From the NCBI GenBank assembly GCA_964618685.1, contig CAZUBL010000001.1, forward strand, positions 6,705-58,535: a DNA stretch of 51,831 bases, read 5' to 3'. Shown in pieces: positions 10,104 to 18,457 of this stretch. Origin of the DNA: an uncultured Gammaproteobacteria bacterium. GTDB taxonomy: Bacteria; Patescibacteriota; Microgenomatia; UBA1406; GWC2-37-13. The number at the start of each line of letters is the position of its first letter. Position 1 is the first letter of the stretch. A model generated the notes under the pieces. It worked only from the letters and a program-made list of their open reading frames with translations, was not told where the DNA came from and searched no databases. Both the position numbers and the translations under genes were made by a program.

Positions 10104-11387
10104 TTATCTGCCTAAAATAGCATCAAGTGTATTCTGCCTTGCTACTAACCATGCAGGGACAAATCCGGATATAAAGGCTGTAATTGTTAAAACCATCGCT
10201 CTGATCAAGATACCGCTGGTTGTTATGGCAAGAGAACCTGTCCCTACCGGATAATGGATAGGATGAAGAGCAAAATAAGGAATGATAAATGCCAAAAGTA
10301 AAACGCTGGCAATAACAATTCCTGAAATTGCATAGAAAAGCGACTGGAAAACATAGGAAATTTTGATTGCCATGCTTGGAATTCCTATACCTTTAAGTAT
10401 GCCTATAAACTTACGCCGTGTAATCGCATTAACGTAAATGACAATAAAAATGGTGATTGCTCCCACGAATAAAGCAATCCCCGCAACCATAATCCCAAGG
10501 AGATTAAACGTTTTGATCATTTGGCTAATCCCGCTTGGTATCGCTTCCTTTGAAGTCTGTACTAATATATTCGCGTTGTGTTTTAGGTTATTTTTGATAA
10601 ATTCTTTTGCCGAAACATCGGAAGAATCGTTTTCCAGGGAAATTGCAATTTCATTTACGTTAAGATCTGTTCTCATCATCAGTTGTCTTGCCGCTGTATC
10701 GGTTATGTATATCCGTCCATCAACGACTGAATTATTAGTACTGATTATTCCTTTAATTGTTACTTCTTTTTGGACACCATTTACCGTAAGTCTGAGCTTT
10801 GAACCAACATCGGCGGTTTTTAATATTTTGCTTCCGTCAGATTCAGACGAACCTCTGGCCGTTGTGTATTTTGCAATCAAGTCTGAACCAAGAATTATCA
10901 CATCCATATCGGACGGCTCCAGATATAAACCTGCCACGATCATCTGTGATAAGTTAGTCACTTTATCCTCAGCTTTCGGATCGATACCTACAAGTAAGGA
11001 ATTAACACTTTCGGAACTGTCAGATATCTTAAGTTTTGTCTGATATCCGTATTCAAGGGTCGCCGGACTGGTATATCTGACTGTTAAATTTTTAAGAGTG
11101 GGAAGACTTTTTACAATCGGTATGATTAAATTTGTCTCCTCAATAATATTTTTATTTAATGATGGAGTAATTAAGATATCTGAGACATAGAATCGTTTAA
11201 ACGTTCCGGTTATCCCTTCGGCAAGCCCGATCAAGATTCCGTTTAGAAGAATCATATTGAAAAAAGTTAGCATCATCACAAAAATTATCAGGCCGGTTGT
11301 CCAAGGGTTACTTCTCTTAATATCGGATACGGCAAGAAAAAAACCAATCTTAACCGATCTACTCGACTTCTTTATATTATTTATCAT
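10104..11387 (-). CDS. ABC transporter permease (FtsX/MacB-like)
   Basis: One N-terminal TM, large extracytoplasmic domain, RRKFIGILKGIG, three C-terminal TMs, PAW..AR. Confidence 0.9.
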   Translation of the reverse strand: MINNIKKSSRSVKIGFFLAVSDIKRSNPWTTGLIIFVMMLTFFNMILLNGILIGLAEGITGTFKRFYVSDILITPSLNKNIIEETNLIIPIVKSLPTLKNLTVRYTSPATLEYGYQTKLKISDSSESVNSLLVGIDPKAEDKVTNLSQMIVAGLYLEPSDMDVIILGSDLIAKYTTARGSSESDGSKILKTADVGSKLRLTVNGVQKEVTIKGIISTNNSVVDGRIYITDTAARQLMMRTDLNVNEIAISLENDSSDVSAKEFIKNNLKHNANILVQTSKEAIPSGISQMIKTFNLLGIMVAGIALFVGAITIFIVIYVNAITRRKFIGILKGIGIPSMAIKISYVFQSLFYAISGIVIASVLLLAFIIPYFALHPIHYPVGTGSLAITTSGILIRAMVLTITAFISGFVPAWLVARQNTLDAILGR

Positions 11388-12319
11388 TTTGGGTCGGCAA
11401 TAATGGTAGTGCTCTCGGTTAGACCACTTAGGATTTCAGTTTTTGCCAGTCCTGTTATACCCGTAATCACTTCCTTAAGTTCCTTTTTTTGATTATCTGC
11501 TTGCTGGACGTATTTTTTTCCATCTTTTAAAATAATGGCACTGTTGGGAACCAAAAAAATATTATTTTTTCTTAAGGTTTCTATTGTTACAATCGCCGTC
11601 ATATTGGGTTTAACTTCCGGGGGAATCTCTTCCAAGCCAATTTTAACCTCATAAGTTACAATCCCTCCCTTAATCGTTCCAACATTATCAATACTTTTTA
11701 TATTTCCTATCAATGATTTTTTATTCAATGCATCAAAAACTATAGTTGCCTTCTGATCTACGGAAATTAAAGGAAGGTAAACTTCATTAATATTTGCTAC
11801 TAATACCGGCTCATCTACGAGTGCATCATCATAGGCGATTTTTGTCAAAGCCACTTGAGCATTGGCAGCGTTAATTGCAATATCAGCTTCTTTATATTTT
11901 GCTTCCGAAGCTGTAAAATCTTTTTGTGCTTGTGTCAAAGCACTATCAACGCTGTATTTTTCCAATTCGGTATAATCTTTTTTAGTAGACAGATTAATTG
12001 TATTATCATTTTTGTAATTAACACTATTTTGTGTGTCAAGAAGAGCTTTTTGCTTTGTCCACATGGTTGCATCAGCTACAAGCTTATTTTGCTGGCTAGT
12101 TTTAAGAGCACTTAACGAATTTTGATAATTAACATAGGCGAGAGCCTTTTCCTCATCAGATGCGGTTTTATTAAAAGTTCCGCTTACCTGAATCGTTTCC
12201 ACTAAATTTTCTTTTTTTACCTTATACAAAATTTCCGTACCTGGTTTTTTTAATAACATCGACCTAACCGTAATTAATCCTAAAATTACAAAGCCAATAA
12301 TTATTAGTGTTTTTCTCAT
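11384..12319 (-). CDS. Efflux membrane-fusion/adaptor protein (MacA-like), apparently lacking lipoyl domain
   Basis: N-terminal anchor, coiled-coil hairpin, beta-barrel (KPNMTA, VPNSAI, V.TGI...TEILSGL). Confidence 0.8.
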   Translation of the reverse strand: MRKTLIIIGFVILGLITVRSMLLKKPGTEILYKVKKENLVETIQVSGTFNKTASDEEKALAYVNYQNSLSALKTSQQNKLVADATMWTKQKALLDTQNSVNYKNDNTINLSTKKDYTELEKYSVDSALTQAQKDFTASEAKYKEADIAINAANAQVALTKIAYDDALVDEPVLVANINEVYLPLISVDQKATIVFDALNKKSLIGNIKSIDNVGTIKGGIVTYEVKIGLEEIPPEVKPNMTAIVTIETLRKNNIFLVPNSAIILKDGKKYVQQADNQKKELKEVITGITGLAKTEILSGLTESTTIIADPK

Positions 12320-12321
12320 TT

Positions 12322-12759
12322 TTATTTCTCAATTTTTTTGAGAAAATTAGTAAAAATACGAACAACTTCTTTTAAATCTTCTTCAGGCATCTGTGAGAAT
12401 ACATTTCCTACTTTCTCTGCTAACATACTGTGAGCAACCTCCGTTTGATAACTCCCTTTTTTAGTAAGCCAGAGGTGTGTTATCCGACGATCGGCTTTAT
12501 CAAGTGTCTTCTTTATTACGTCTAAATTTATTAATCGTTCAATTAACTGAGCAATAGAAGATGACGATAATCCCAATTTTGCCGATAGTTCACCTACTGT
12601 AGACCCTGGTTGATCTTTTAAATGTAAAAGGGCTTGATTTTGAAGTAATGTAACATTCCCATCTTTTATGGGGACAATAAAAGATTGCTCAGCTATGCGA
12701 CGAATCCTCATTAAGGATTGCATAAATTGATTGAGAATCCTTTGTTTTGAAGTATTCAT
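12322..12759 (-). CDS. MarR family transcriptional regulator
   Basis: TVGELSAKLGLSSSSIAQLIERL...DKADRR...LTKKG. Confidence 0.92.
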   Translation of the reverse strand: MNTSKQRILNQFMQSLMRIRRIAEQSFIVPIKDGNVTLLQNQALLHLKDQPGSTVGELSAKLGLSSSSIAQLIERLINLDVIKKTLDKADRRITHLWLTKKGSYQTEVAHSMLAEKVGNVFSQMPEEDLKEVVRIFTNFLKKIEK

Positions 12760-12765
12760 AATTAT

Positions 12766-12795
12766 TATCTTAGCTCATAAGATATTATTTGTCAA
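12766..12795 (-). promoter_or_regulatory. marR operon promoter with overlapping palindromic operator
   Basis: Minus-strand TTGACA-N17-TAAGAT-N7-ATG; palindrome TATCTTA-GCTCA-TAAGATA at 12766-12784. Confidence 0.7.
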
Positions 12796-12936
12796 GGGAA
12801 TATAATAGAAGTAAATTAACAAGCAATATTAAATTGTTACGTAGAAGGTTCTAACATCCTCCACCAGTCTGGACAAATCTCTTACTTCGTATTGACACAA
12901 TATCTTCTTTGGGGGTAAAATAAGGCAATTGTAAGT

Positions 12937-13467
12937 ATGGATAACGAAAAATTTAAAAGAATTCTGCCTCTTTTTGGTGTAGGGGCCGCTATGGTGTTCC
13001 TCTTTTTTATGTCCATTTCGACTTTCATGATTTCCAGTCGTGCCAGCCGTCAGCAAAACGTCACCGAAAGTTATGCCGAAGAATTTATGCCCGATGTCAC
13101 CTTGCCCCCGGGAAGGGTCTGGCAGGGGATAACAGTGACTGGTGAAATGGAAGGCAGATTTACCGTTGGGTATAAGATAAGACCCGATGATGCCTGTGAT
13201 GTTGACGGGATCAAGTTGTCAATCGGTAGAATCGACGGAAAGTACTATGTTTTTAATTACAAAACGACTAAGTCTGTGGGACCCAATAGCTATAAGGGAT
13301 ATCTTCAGTTGAACCCATTGGATGTACAAGGCGACATATACGGAGGGAACGTCACCGTGACTTTCAACGAGGATCAAAGATCTGGAACGGTCATGGGTGA
13401 CCTATACAATAACGACAAGTCGGTTAAAGTAATTCAAATAGTAGGTGACTGGGCTTGTCCTTTATGA
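12937..13467 (+). CDS. Hypothetical membrane-anchored protein
   Basis: N-terminal TM, beta-rich domain with two Cys; TTGACA-N18-TAAAAT upstream. Confidence 0.65.
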   Translation: MDNEKFKRILPLFGVGAAMVFLFFMSISTFMISSRASRQQNVTESYAEEFMPDVTLPPGRVWQGITVTGEMEGRFTVGYKIRPDDACDVDGIKLSIGRIDGKYYVFNYKTTKSVGPNSYKGYLQLNPLDVQGDIYGGNVTVTFNEDQRSGTVMGDLYNNDKSVKVIQIVGDWACPL

Positions 13468-14036
13468 AAAACGCGATCATTCTTCACGGCGGACCCACTA
13501 AAGAAGAATACTACGATCCAGAATCCCCCAGCATGAGCAATTCCCATTGGATCCCGTGGCTTCAAAGTCAATTATTAAAGTTAGACATATCCGCCTCAAC
13601 CCCGGAGGTGCCCCATTCGTACAATCGGGATTGGGAAGTCTGGAGCCGTGAGGTAGAGCGTTACGAAATTAGCCCGGAAACGGCCCTCATCGGTCACAGC
13701 ACCGGCGCCGGGTTTTTCGTCAAATACTTGAGCGTTCATAAAAAGCTCAAAGTCGGTAAGATCATATTGGTCGCTCCCTGGATCGATCCCGAAAAACAGT
13801 TGACGACCGGTTTTTTTGACGATTACGTGATCGACGTGGATCTTGCGGCGAGGACCAAGGGAATTGTCGTTTTCAATTCCGACAATGACGAGGACTCTGT
13901 TCAGAAATCGGCAAAGATTATTCTTGAAAACATAAAAAACATCCAGTACCGTGAATTCCACAATTACGGGCATTTCTACATCGAAGACATGGCGACCCTT
14001 GAGTTTCCCGAGCTTCTACGGGAGATATTGAAATAG
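13464..14036 (+). CDS. Alpha/beta hydrolase, RBBP9/YdeN family
   Basis: ILHG, HWIPWL, GHSTG nucleophile elbow, SDND, GHF; ATGA overlap with upstream gene. Confidence 0.88.
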   Translation: MKNAIILHGGPTKEEYYDPESPSMSNSHWIPWLQSQLLKLDISASTPEVPHSYNRDWEVWSREVERYEISPETALIGHSTGAGFFVKYLSVHKKLKVGKIILVAPWIDPEKQLTTGFFDDYVIDVDLAARTKGIVVFNSDNDEDSVQKSAKIILENIKNIQYREFHNYGHFYIEDMATLEFPELLREILK

Positions 14037-14109
14037 TTTTTTGAGCCTCGATCCTGACTTTCCTGAGAAGGGTTTTGCATAGATAAGGGGCATATGGTAT
14101 AACTTTACA

Positions 14110-14814
14110 ATGAGTTTTTTCGATAATACACCCTACCAGAAACGGCAGAAAAGAGTAATTGAAGATATAGAAAGCCAAGTCAGGAATAATAATCTTAAGT
14201 TCAGCACCGTCCTACCGGTTGAGGATTACGAAAACGATCCGAGATTTTGCTTGACGAGCGTCCACTTTCCTAAGGCAGACCTCATTGATACCGTTTTAAA
14301 CACGATTGTTGAACCACTTAAAAGAATTACTCCGAATCACTTCTACTACCAAAAAGATAACTTACACTTAACTATAAAGAATATTAGAGTAATAAGTGAC
14401 CCGCCAAATTTCACAGTCAATGACCTGATCAGAGCCAAAAATGTGTTTGAAAGCGTTGTACCGAAGTACAAGAGATTTGAAGTTTACTTCTACCGTCTAC
14501 TCCTCTTCAAATCCAACCTGGCTCTTGTCGGGACAACGGGAGAAGAGTTAGACGAAATAATCCTTGACCTGGATAAGAACTTGAGTGCGGCGGGTATTCC
14601 AGATGACAAACAATATACGAATTCAAAAAACTTTTTTTGCAATATGACGCTTGTGAGATTTAATTCGCAATTGTCCGCGCGTTATAAACTTAAGATAAAG
14701 GAACTTTCGTCAAAAATAAATATCAAACCCTACATCATAGATTCGGTAACGCTTCTGACTTCAAACGCCGTATTGAAAAAAAGAAAAATCCTCGGAGAGT
14801 GGGGTTTGAGGTGA
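14110..14814 (+). CDS. 2H phosphoesterase (2'-5' RNA ligase-like) family protein
   Basis: LHLTI motif 1; second motif appears as CNMTLVRF. Confidence 0.6.
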   Translation: MSFFDNTPYQKRQKRVIEDIESQVRNNNLKFSTVLPVEDYENDPRFCLTSVHFPKADLIDTVLNTIVEPLKRITPNHFYYQKDNLHLTIKNIRVISDPPNFTVNDLIRAKNVFESVVPKYKRFEVYFYRLLLFKSNLALVGTTGEELDEIILDLDKNLSAAGIPDDKQYTNSKNFFCNMTLVRFNSQLSARYKLKIKELSSKINIKPYIIDSVTLLTSNAVLKKRKILGEWGLR

Positions 14815-14863
14815 TTGTAGACGGTTTTCGATTTCGGAAACTTCTTCTTATAGTACCAAGCTT

Positions 14864-15655
14864 TTAGAAATGATTATCGACAAGCTCTTTATATATATAA
14901 TTCAAAAAACGATAGACGTCTTCTATATTCTCAAGATAATATTCGGCTCTTGATGCATCACCCTCTCCAACTCGTATCGCCAGTCCATTGGTTATTTTTT
15001 TGAACATGTCCTCATCCGTTGTATCGTCGCCAATAGCTATCGTCAATCTTCCCGGAATCTGTTGGGAAACCATATTGACAATCTGCCCCTTATTCCACTC
15101 TATTTTCGGTCTGGCGTCAATAACTTTTTTTCCTTCAATAAATTCGATAATATTTTCGTTTTTTATTTTCTTGACAGACTTGTAAAAAACCTCAATAAAA
15201 TTTTCTTCACTTATGTTTTTGAGGTTTCGGTAATGGAGTGATAACGACATGGATTTATCTTCGATAAATATTCCCTCATATTCTTTAGATAATCGGTTAT
15301 AGATCTTTTTGACTTCATTTAATGAATCAACGATCCTTTCGTTGAAAGGATACCTGTCGTAAACTCCGTTTATTATCCACTCTAGTCCGTGGTTACCGGC
15401 GTAGTTTAGGCTGGGTAAGTCAATTTTTTCCTTAAGACTTTTAAGCTTTCTTCCACTTACGATCATTACAAAAACACCATTCAGTGATGAGATTTTCTTA
15501 AGAGTGTCCATTGCCTTAGGAAACGCAATACTAGCATCCTTGAAGTTGGTAACAATCGGTGAGAGGGTGCCGTCGAAATCCAAAAAAATCAAAACACCGT
15601 TGGCACTCTTGAGTTTTTGTGAAACTTCTTTTTCGTTTTTCCAGATATTTTTCAT
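14864..15655 (-). CDS. otsB: Trehalose-6-phosphate phosphatase
   Basis: FLDFDGTLSPI, VSGR, GNHGLE, HYR, WNKG, GDDTTDEDMF; ATGA overlap with otsA. Confidence 0.93.
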   Translation of the reverse strand: MKNIWKNEKEVSQKLKSANGVLIFLDFDGTLSPIVTNFKDASIAFPKAMDTLKKISSLNGVFVMIVSGRKLKSLKEKIDLPSLNYAGNHGLEWIINGVYDRYPFNERIVDSLNEVKKIYNRLSKEYEGIFIEDKSMSLSLHYRNLKNISEENFIEVFYKSVKKIKNENIIEFIEGKKVIDARPKIEWNKGQIVNMVSQQIPGRLTIAIGDDTTDEDMFKKITNGLAIRVGEGDASRAEYYLENIEDVYRFLNYIYKELVDNHF

Positions 15656-17877
15656 CCCAGATTGATGAGATTCCGTAACATGTCGGCCGACCACTTATAT
15701 ATATCGTTTCTTTTGATTGCCGTTCGCATTCTCAGCATTCTTTTTCTCTGTTCGATAATTCCCATCTGGAGGGCTTGGTTTATAGCATCGGCAAGTTCAT
15801 TACTATCATAGGGATTGATGATTAGGGCGTCTTTGAGCTCGCGTGAAGCGCCCGCGAACTTACTCAATATCAGAACACCCTTATCGTCGGTTCTTGAAGA
15901 AACGAATTCTTTGGCAACAAGATTCATTCCGTCGTGGAGTGATGTCACCAAACATAGGTTTGCTATTCTATATAACTGGTCAATTTCCTCGTGAGTATGA
16001 TGTTTCTTTAGAAGGATTATCGGTTTCCAACCCTTGCTTTTATATAGGGAATTAATTCTTTCGACTTCCTCTTCGACCTGTATTTCAAGGTCATGATAGG
16101 CTTGGATCTTGCTCCGACTAGGCGGAGCCACTTGAATAAAGGTGAATTGGTTTTTGTAGAAGGGCATTCTCTTAAAGAGTTGTTCTATGGCCTTTAATCT
16201 TTCAAGTATGCCCTTGGTGTAGTCAAGCCTGTCAACGCCAACACCTATATACTTAGTTTTCTTAATACCTATTTCATCAAGAATACTTTCAGACTTAATA
16301 GTGTTAGTGTCTTCTTCGTCATTAAAGGCAATGCTTATCGGGAAGGATTTGATCATGCTCAAATGCGATTTTTTCGTGACCGAGAATTGTTCAAGATCGA
16401 TTAAAGATTCAAGTTCGCGCCCAACCGTTTCTATAAAATTGTTGCAGTGAAGCTGGGTGTGGAATCCTATAAGGTCGGCTCCAAGCATTCCGTCAAGAAT
16501 TTCCTTCCTGAAGGGACAAATGCTAAACGCTTCCGGGTTAGGCCACGGTATATGCCAAAAGATTCCTATTTGAGCATCAGGTCTGGCATCCTTAATCATT
16601 CTTGGAAGTAGTGAAAAGTGGTAGTCCTGAATGATGATTATTGGCTTTTTCGTTTTTGATATTTCTTTGAGGATAATCTCGGCAAATTTTCCGTTTACGG
16701 ATTTGTAGACTTCCCAATCTTCTTCCCTGAAGACCGGTCGGGTATGTGCCATGTGACAGAGCGGCCAGAGTCCTTCGTTGGCAAAGCCGTAGTAATATCT
16801 TTTCTCTTCCTCTTCGGTCAACCAGATTCGTTTTAAGGTATATTTAGGTTCGTCCGGCGGGACACGGATTTTATCATTTTTATCGACAACCAGTTTGTCT
16901 GCGTCTCCGGAGCTTGACGCTACCCAAGTACCTCCACAGGCGGAAATCATCGGTTCAATCGCCGTTACCATGCCCGAAGCAGGAACGAAATAATTAATCT
17001 TGCCATTTTTCTTCGTATGGATATAGGGTTCGCGATTTGAGACGACATACATCATTCTGTTGTCCAGAATTTTTTTGACGTATTCATAAAGTCTTTGCTC
17101 TGTCCATGGTGAGTCAATATCTTCAATGTTTGACCGGGCTTCTTCCTTGACGGCCAGCCGGGCTTCATAAAGACTCTTCATAAAATGAGATATTTCCCTG
17201 ATAAGTGGTTGGAGAATAAAGTTATTGGGGAGTTGTTTTGGAGGCAACATACTTTCGTTGGTCCTTGAGATTCTTATTGTTTCGGCGATGTCTTTTATAG
17301 GTTGGTAAATCAAAAAACGAAGGGTTAAGGCTATTGCCAGGATGATGAGGGTATCCTGAATACCCAATCGTAATAAATTACTTTTCCAAACTTCGTTCAA
17401 CCGGTCGTCAATAAATCCGGCGTTTTGCACGAGTGTCAATGATCCAATAACGTTGCCGTCTTGGTGAAGGGGGAGAGCAAAGACGTATGACTTTTTGTTA
17501 TCTTCCTTTATAAAATCGGCACTCAGTTTGTCCTCATCCATGGCGTTGCCGATAATCGTTATCACTTCCTCATTATCTTTTACGATCATACCCTCAGAAG
17601 AAGCAATGACATTATCCTTATTATCGTAAATAGCGACTCCAGCGATTCTCTTTTCTTCGACAAACTGCTCGATTATTCGCTGGACTTGAAAAGTGTTGTT
17701 GGCGACCATGTAGGGTTCAACCCTTTCCTTTAGGGAGTCTGCCAATAGAGTCGTTCGATACTGAAGATCAGTCGTCAATCTTTGCTGTTCGCGATTGGCC
17801 TGTTGCATAGTGAAGAATAGGACGACCAGGGAAACGATTATTGTGAATATAAATGCCGTGAATATTGTTTGTTTCAT
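15652..17877 (-). CDS. otsA: Trehalose-6-phosphate synthase (GT20) with N-terminal membrane sensor-like module
   Basis: VSNREPY, YYGFANEGLWPLCH, QDYH, FWHIPWP, GVDRLDYTKG, DGMNLVAKEF; first ~250 aa TM-Cache-TM-HAMP-like. Confidence 0.92.
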   Translation of the reverse strand: MKQTIFTAFIFTIIVSLVVLFFTMQQANREQQRLTTDLQYRTTLLADSLKERVEPYMVANNTFQVQRIIEQFVEEKRIAGVAIYDNKDNVIASSEGMIVKDNEEVITIIGNAMDEDKLSADFIKEDNKKSYVFALPLHQDGNVIGSLTLVQNAGFIDDRLNEVWKSNLLRLGIQDTLIILAIALTLRFLIYQPIKDIAETIRISRTNESMLPPKQLPNNFILQPLIREISHFMKSLYEARLAVKEEARSNIEDIDSPWTEQRLYEYVKKILDNRMMYVVSNREPYIHTKKNGKINYFVPASGMVTAIEPMISACGGTWVASSSGDADKLVVDKNDKIRVPPDEPKYTLKRIWLTEEEEKRYYYGFANEGLWPLCHMAHTRPVFREEDWEVYKSVNGKFAEIILKEISKTKKPIIIIQDYHFSLLPRMIKDARPDAQIGIFWHIPWPNPEAFSICPFRKEILDGMLGADLIGFHTQLHCNNFIETVGRELESLIDLEQFSVTKKSHLSMIKSFPISIAFNDEEDTNTIKSESILDEIGIKKTKYIGVGVDRLDYTKGILERLKAIEQLFKRMPFYKNQFTFIQVAPPSRSKIQAYHDLEIQVEEEVERINSLYKSKGWKPIILLKKHHTHEEIDQLYRIANLCLVTSLHDGMNLVAKEFVSSRTDDKGVLILSKFAGASRELKDALIINPYDSNELADAINQALQMGIIEQRKRMLRMRTAIKRNDIYKWSADMLRNLINLG

Positions 17878-17998
17878 TTTGTTGAGGGAGCGATCTTTTT
17901 ACAACTATGGGCGCGTGTACATCTTATATTATAGCAAAATGCGGTATGGTATGTATACTATTACTATATAAGTGTTAGTAATTGAAAAGAATGAACTT

Positions 17999-18454
17999 AT
18001 GAAAAATAATAAATTCATGGTGCTTGTTATATTATTGGTTGTTGGTTTAAGCGTGTATTTTTACGGTCAATCGCGGGTGGGAATAAATAATCCCACTCCC
18101 GTTGAGGAGGTCAGTAAACCGACAGCAACGAGCGTCGCGCCTTTTAGCAATAATGGTCGGTACAGGGAATACAGCGAAAGCGAATATGGTTTGGCAGCCG
18201 ATCAAAAGAGGGTAATATTTTTTCACGCCTCTTGGTGCCCAACCTGCAAGGTTGCTAATGAAGAATTCACTAGTCAAGCCGACAAAATCCCTGAGGACGT
18301 TGTTCTATTCAAGACCGATTACGATACCGAAACAGAACTCAAGAAGAAATACGGGATTACATATCAGCATACGTTTGTCCTTGTTGACGAGAATGGGGAT
18401 GAAATTAAGAAGTGGAATGGCGGCGGGATTGAAGAACTTATTAACAATACTTAA
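17999..18454 (+). CDS. Membrane-anchored thioredoxin family protein
   Basis: N-terminal TM, FHASWCPTC, YGITYQHT. Confidence 0.88.
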   Translation: MKNNKFMVLVILLVVGLSVYFYGQSRVGINNPTPVEEVSKPTATSVAPFSNNGRYREYSESEYGLAADQKRVIFFHASWCPTCKVANEEFTSQADKIPEDVVLFKTDYDTETELKKKYGITYQHTFVLVDENGDEIKKWNGGGIEELINNT

Positions 18455-18457
18455 ACG

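Larger units (their letters stand above)
8740..12875. mobile_element. Putative AT-rich genomic islet integrated at tRNA-Tyr (no integrase)
   Basis: Lower GC than flanks in spot checks; degenerate copy of tRNA-Tyr 3' end at 12846-12875. Confidence 0.45.
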
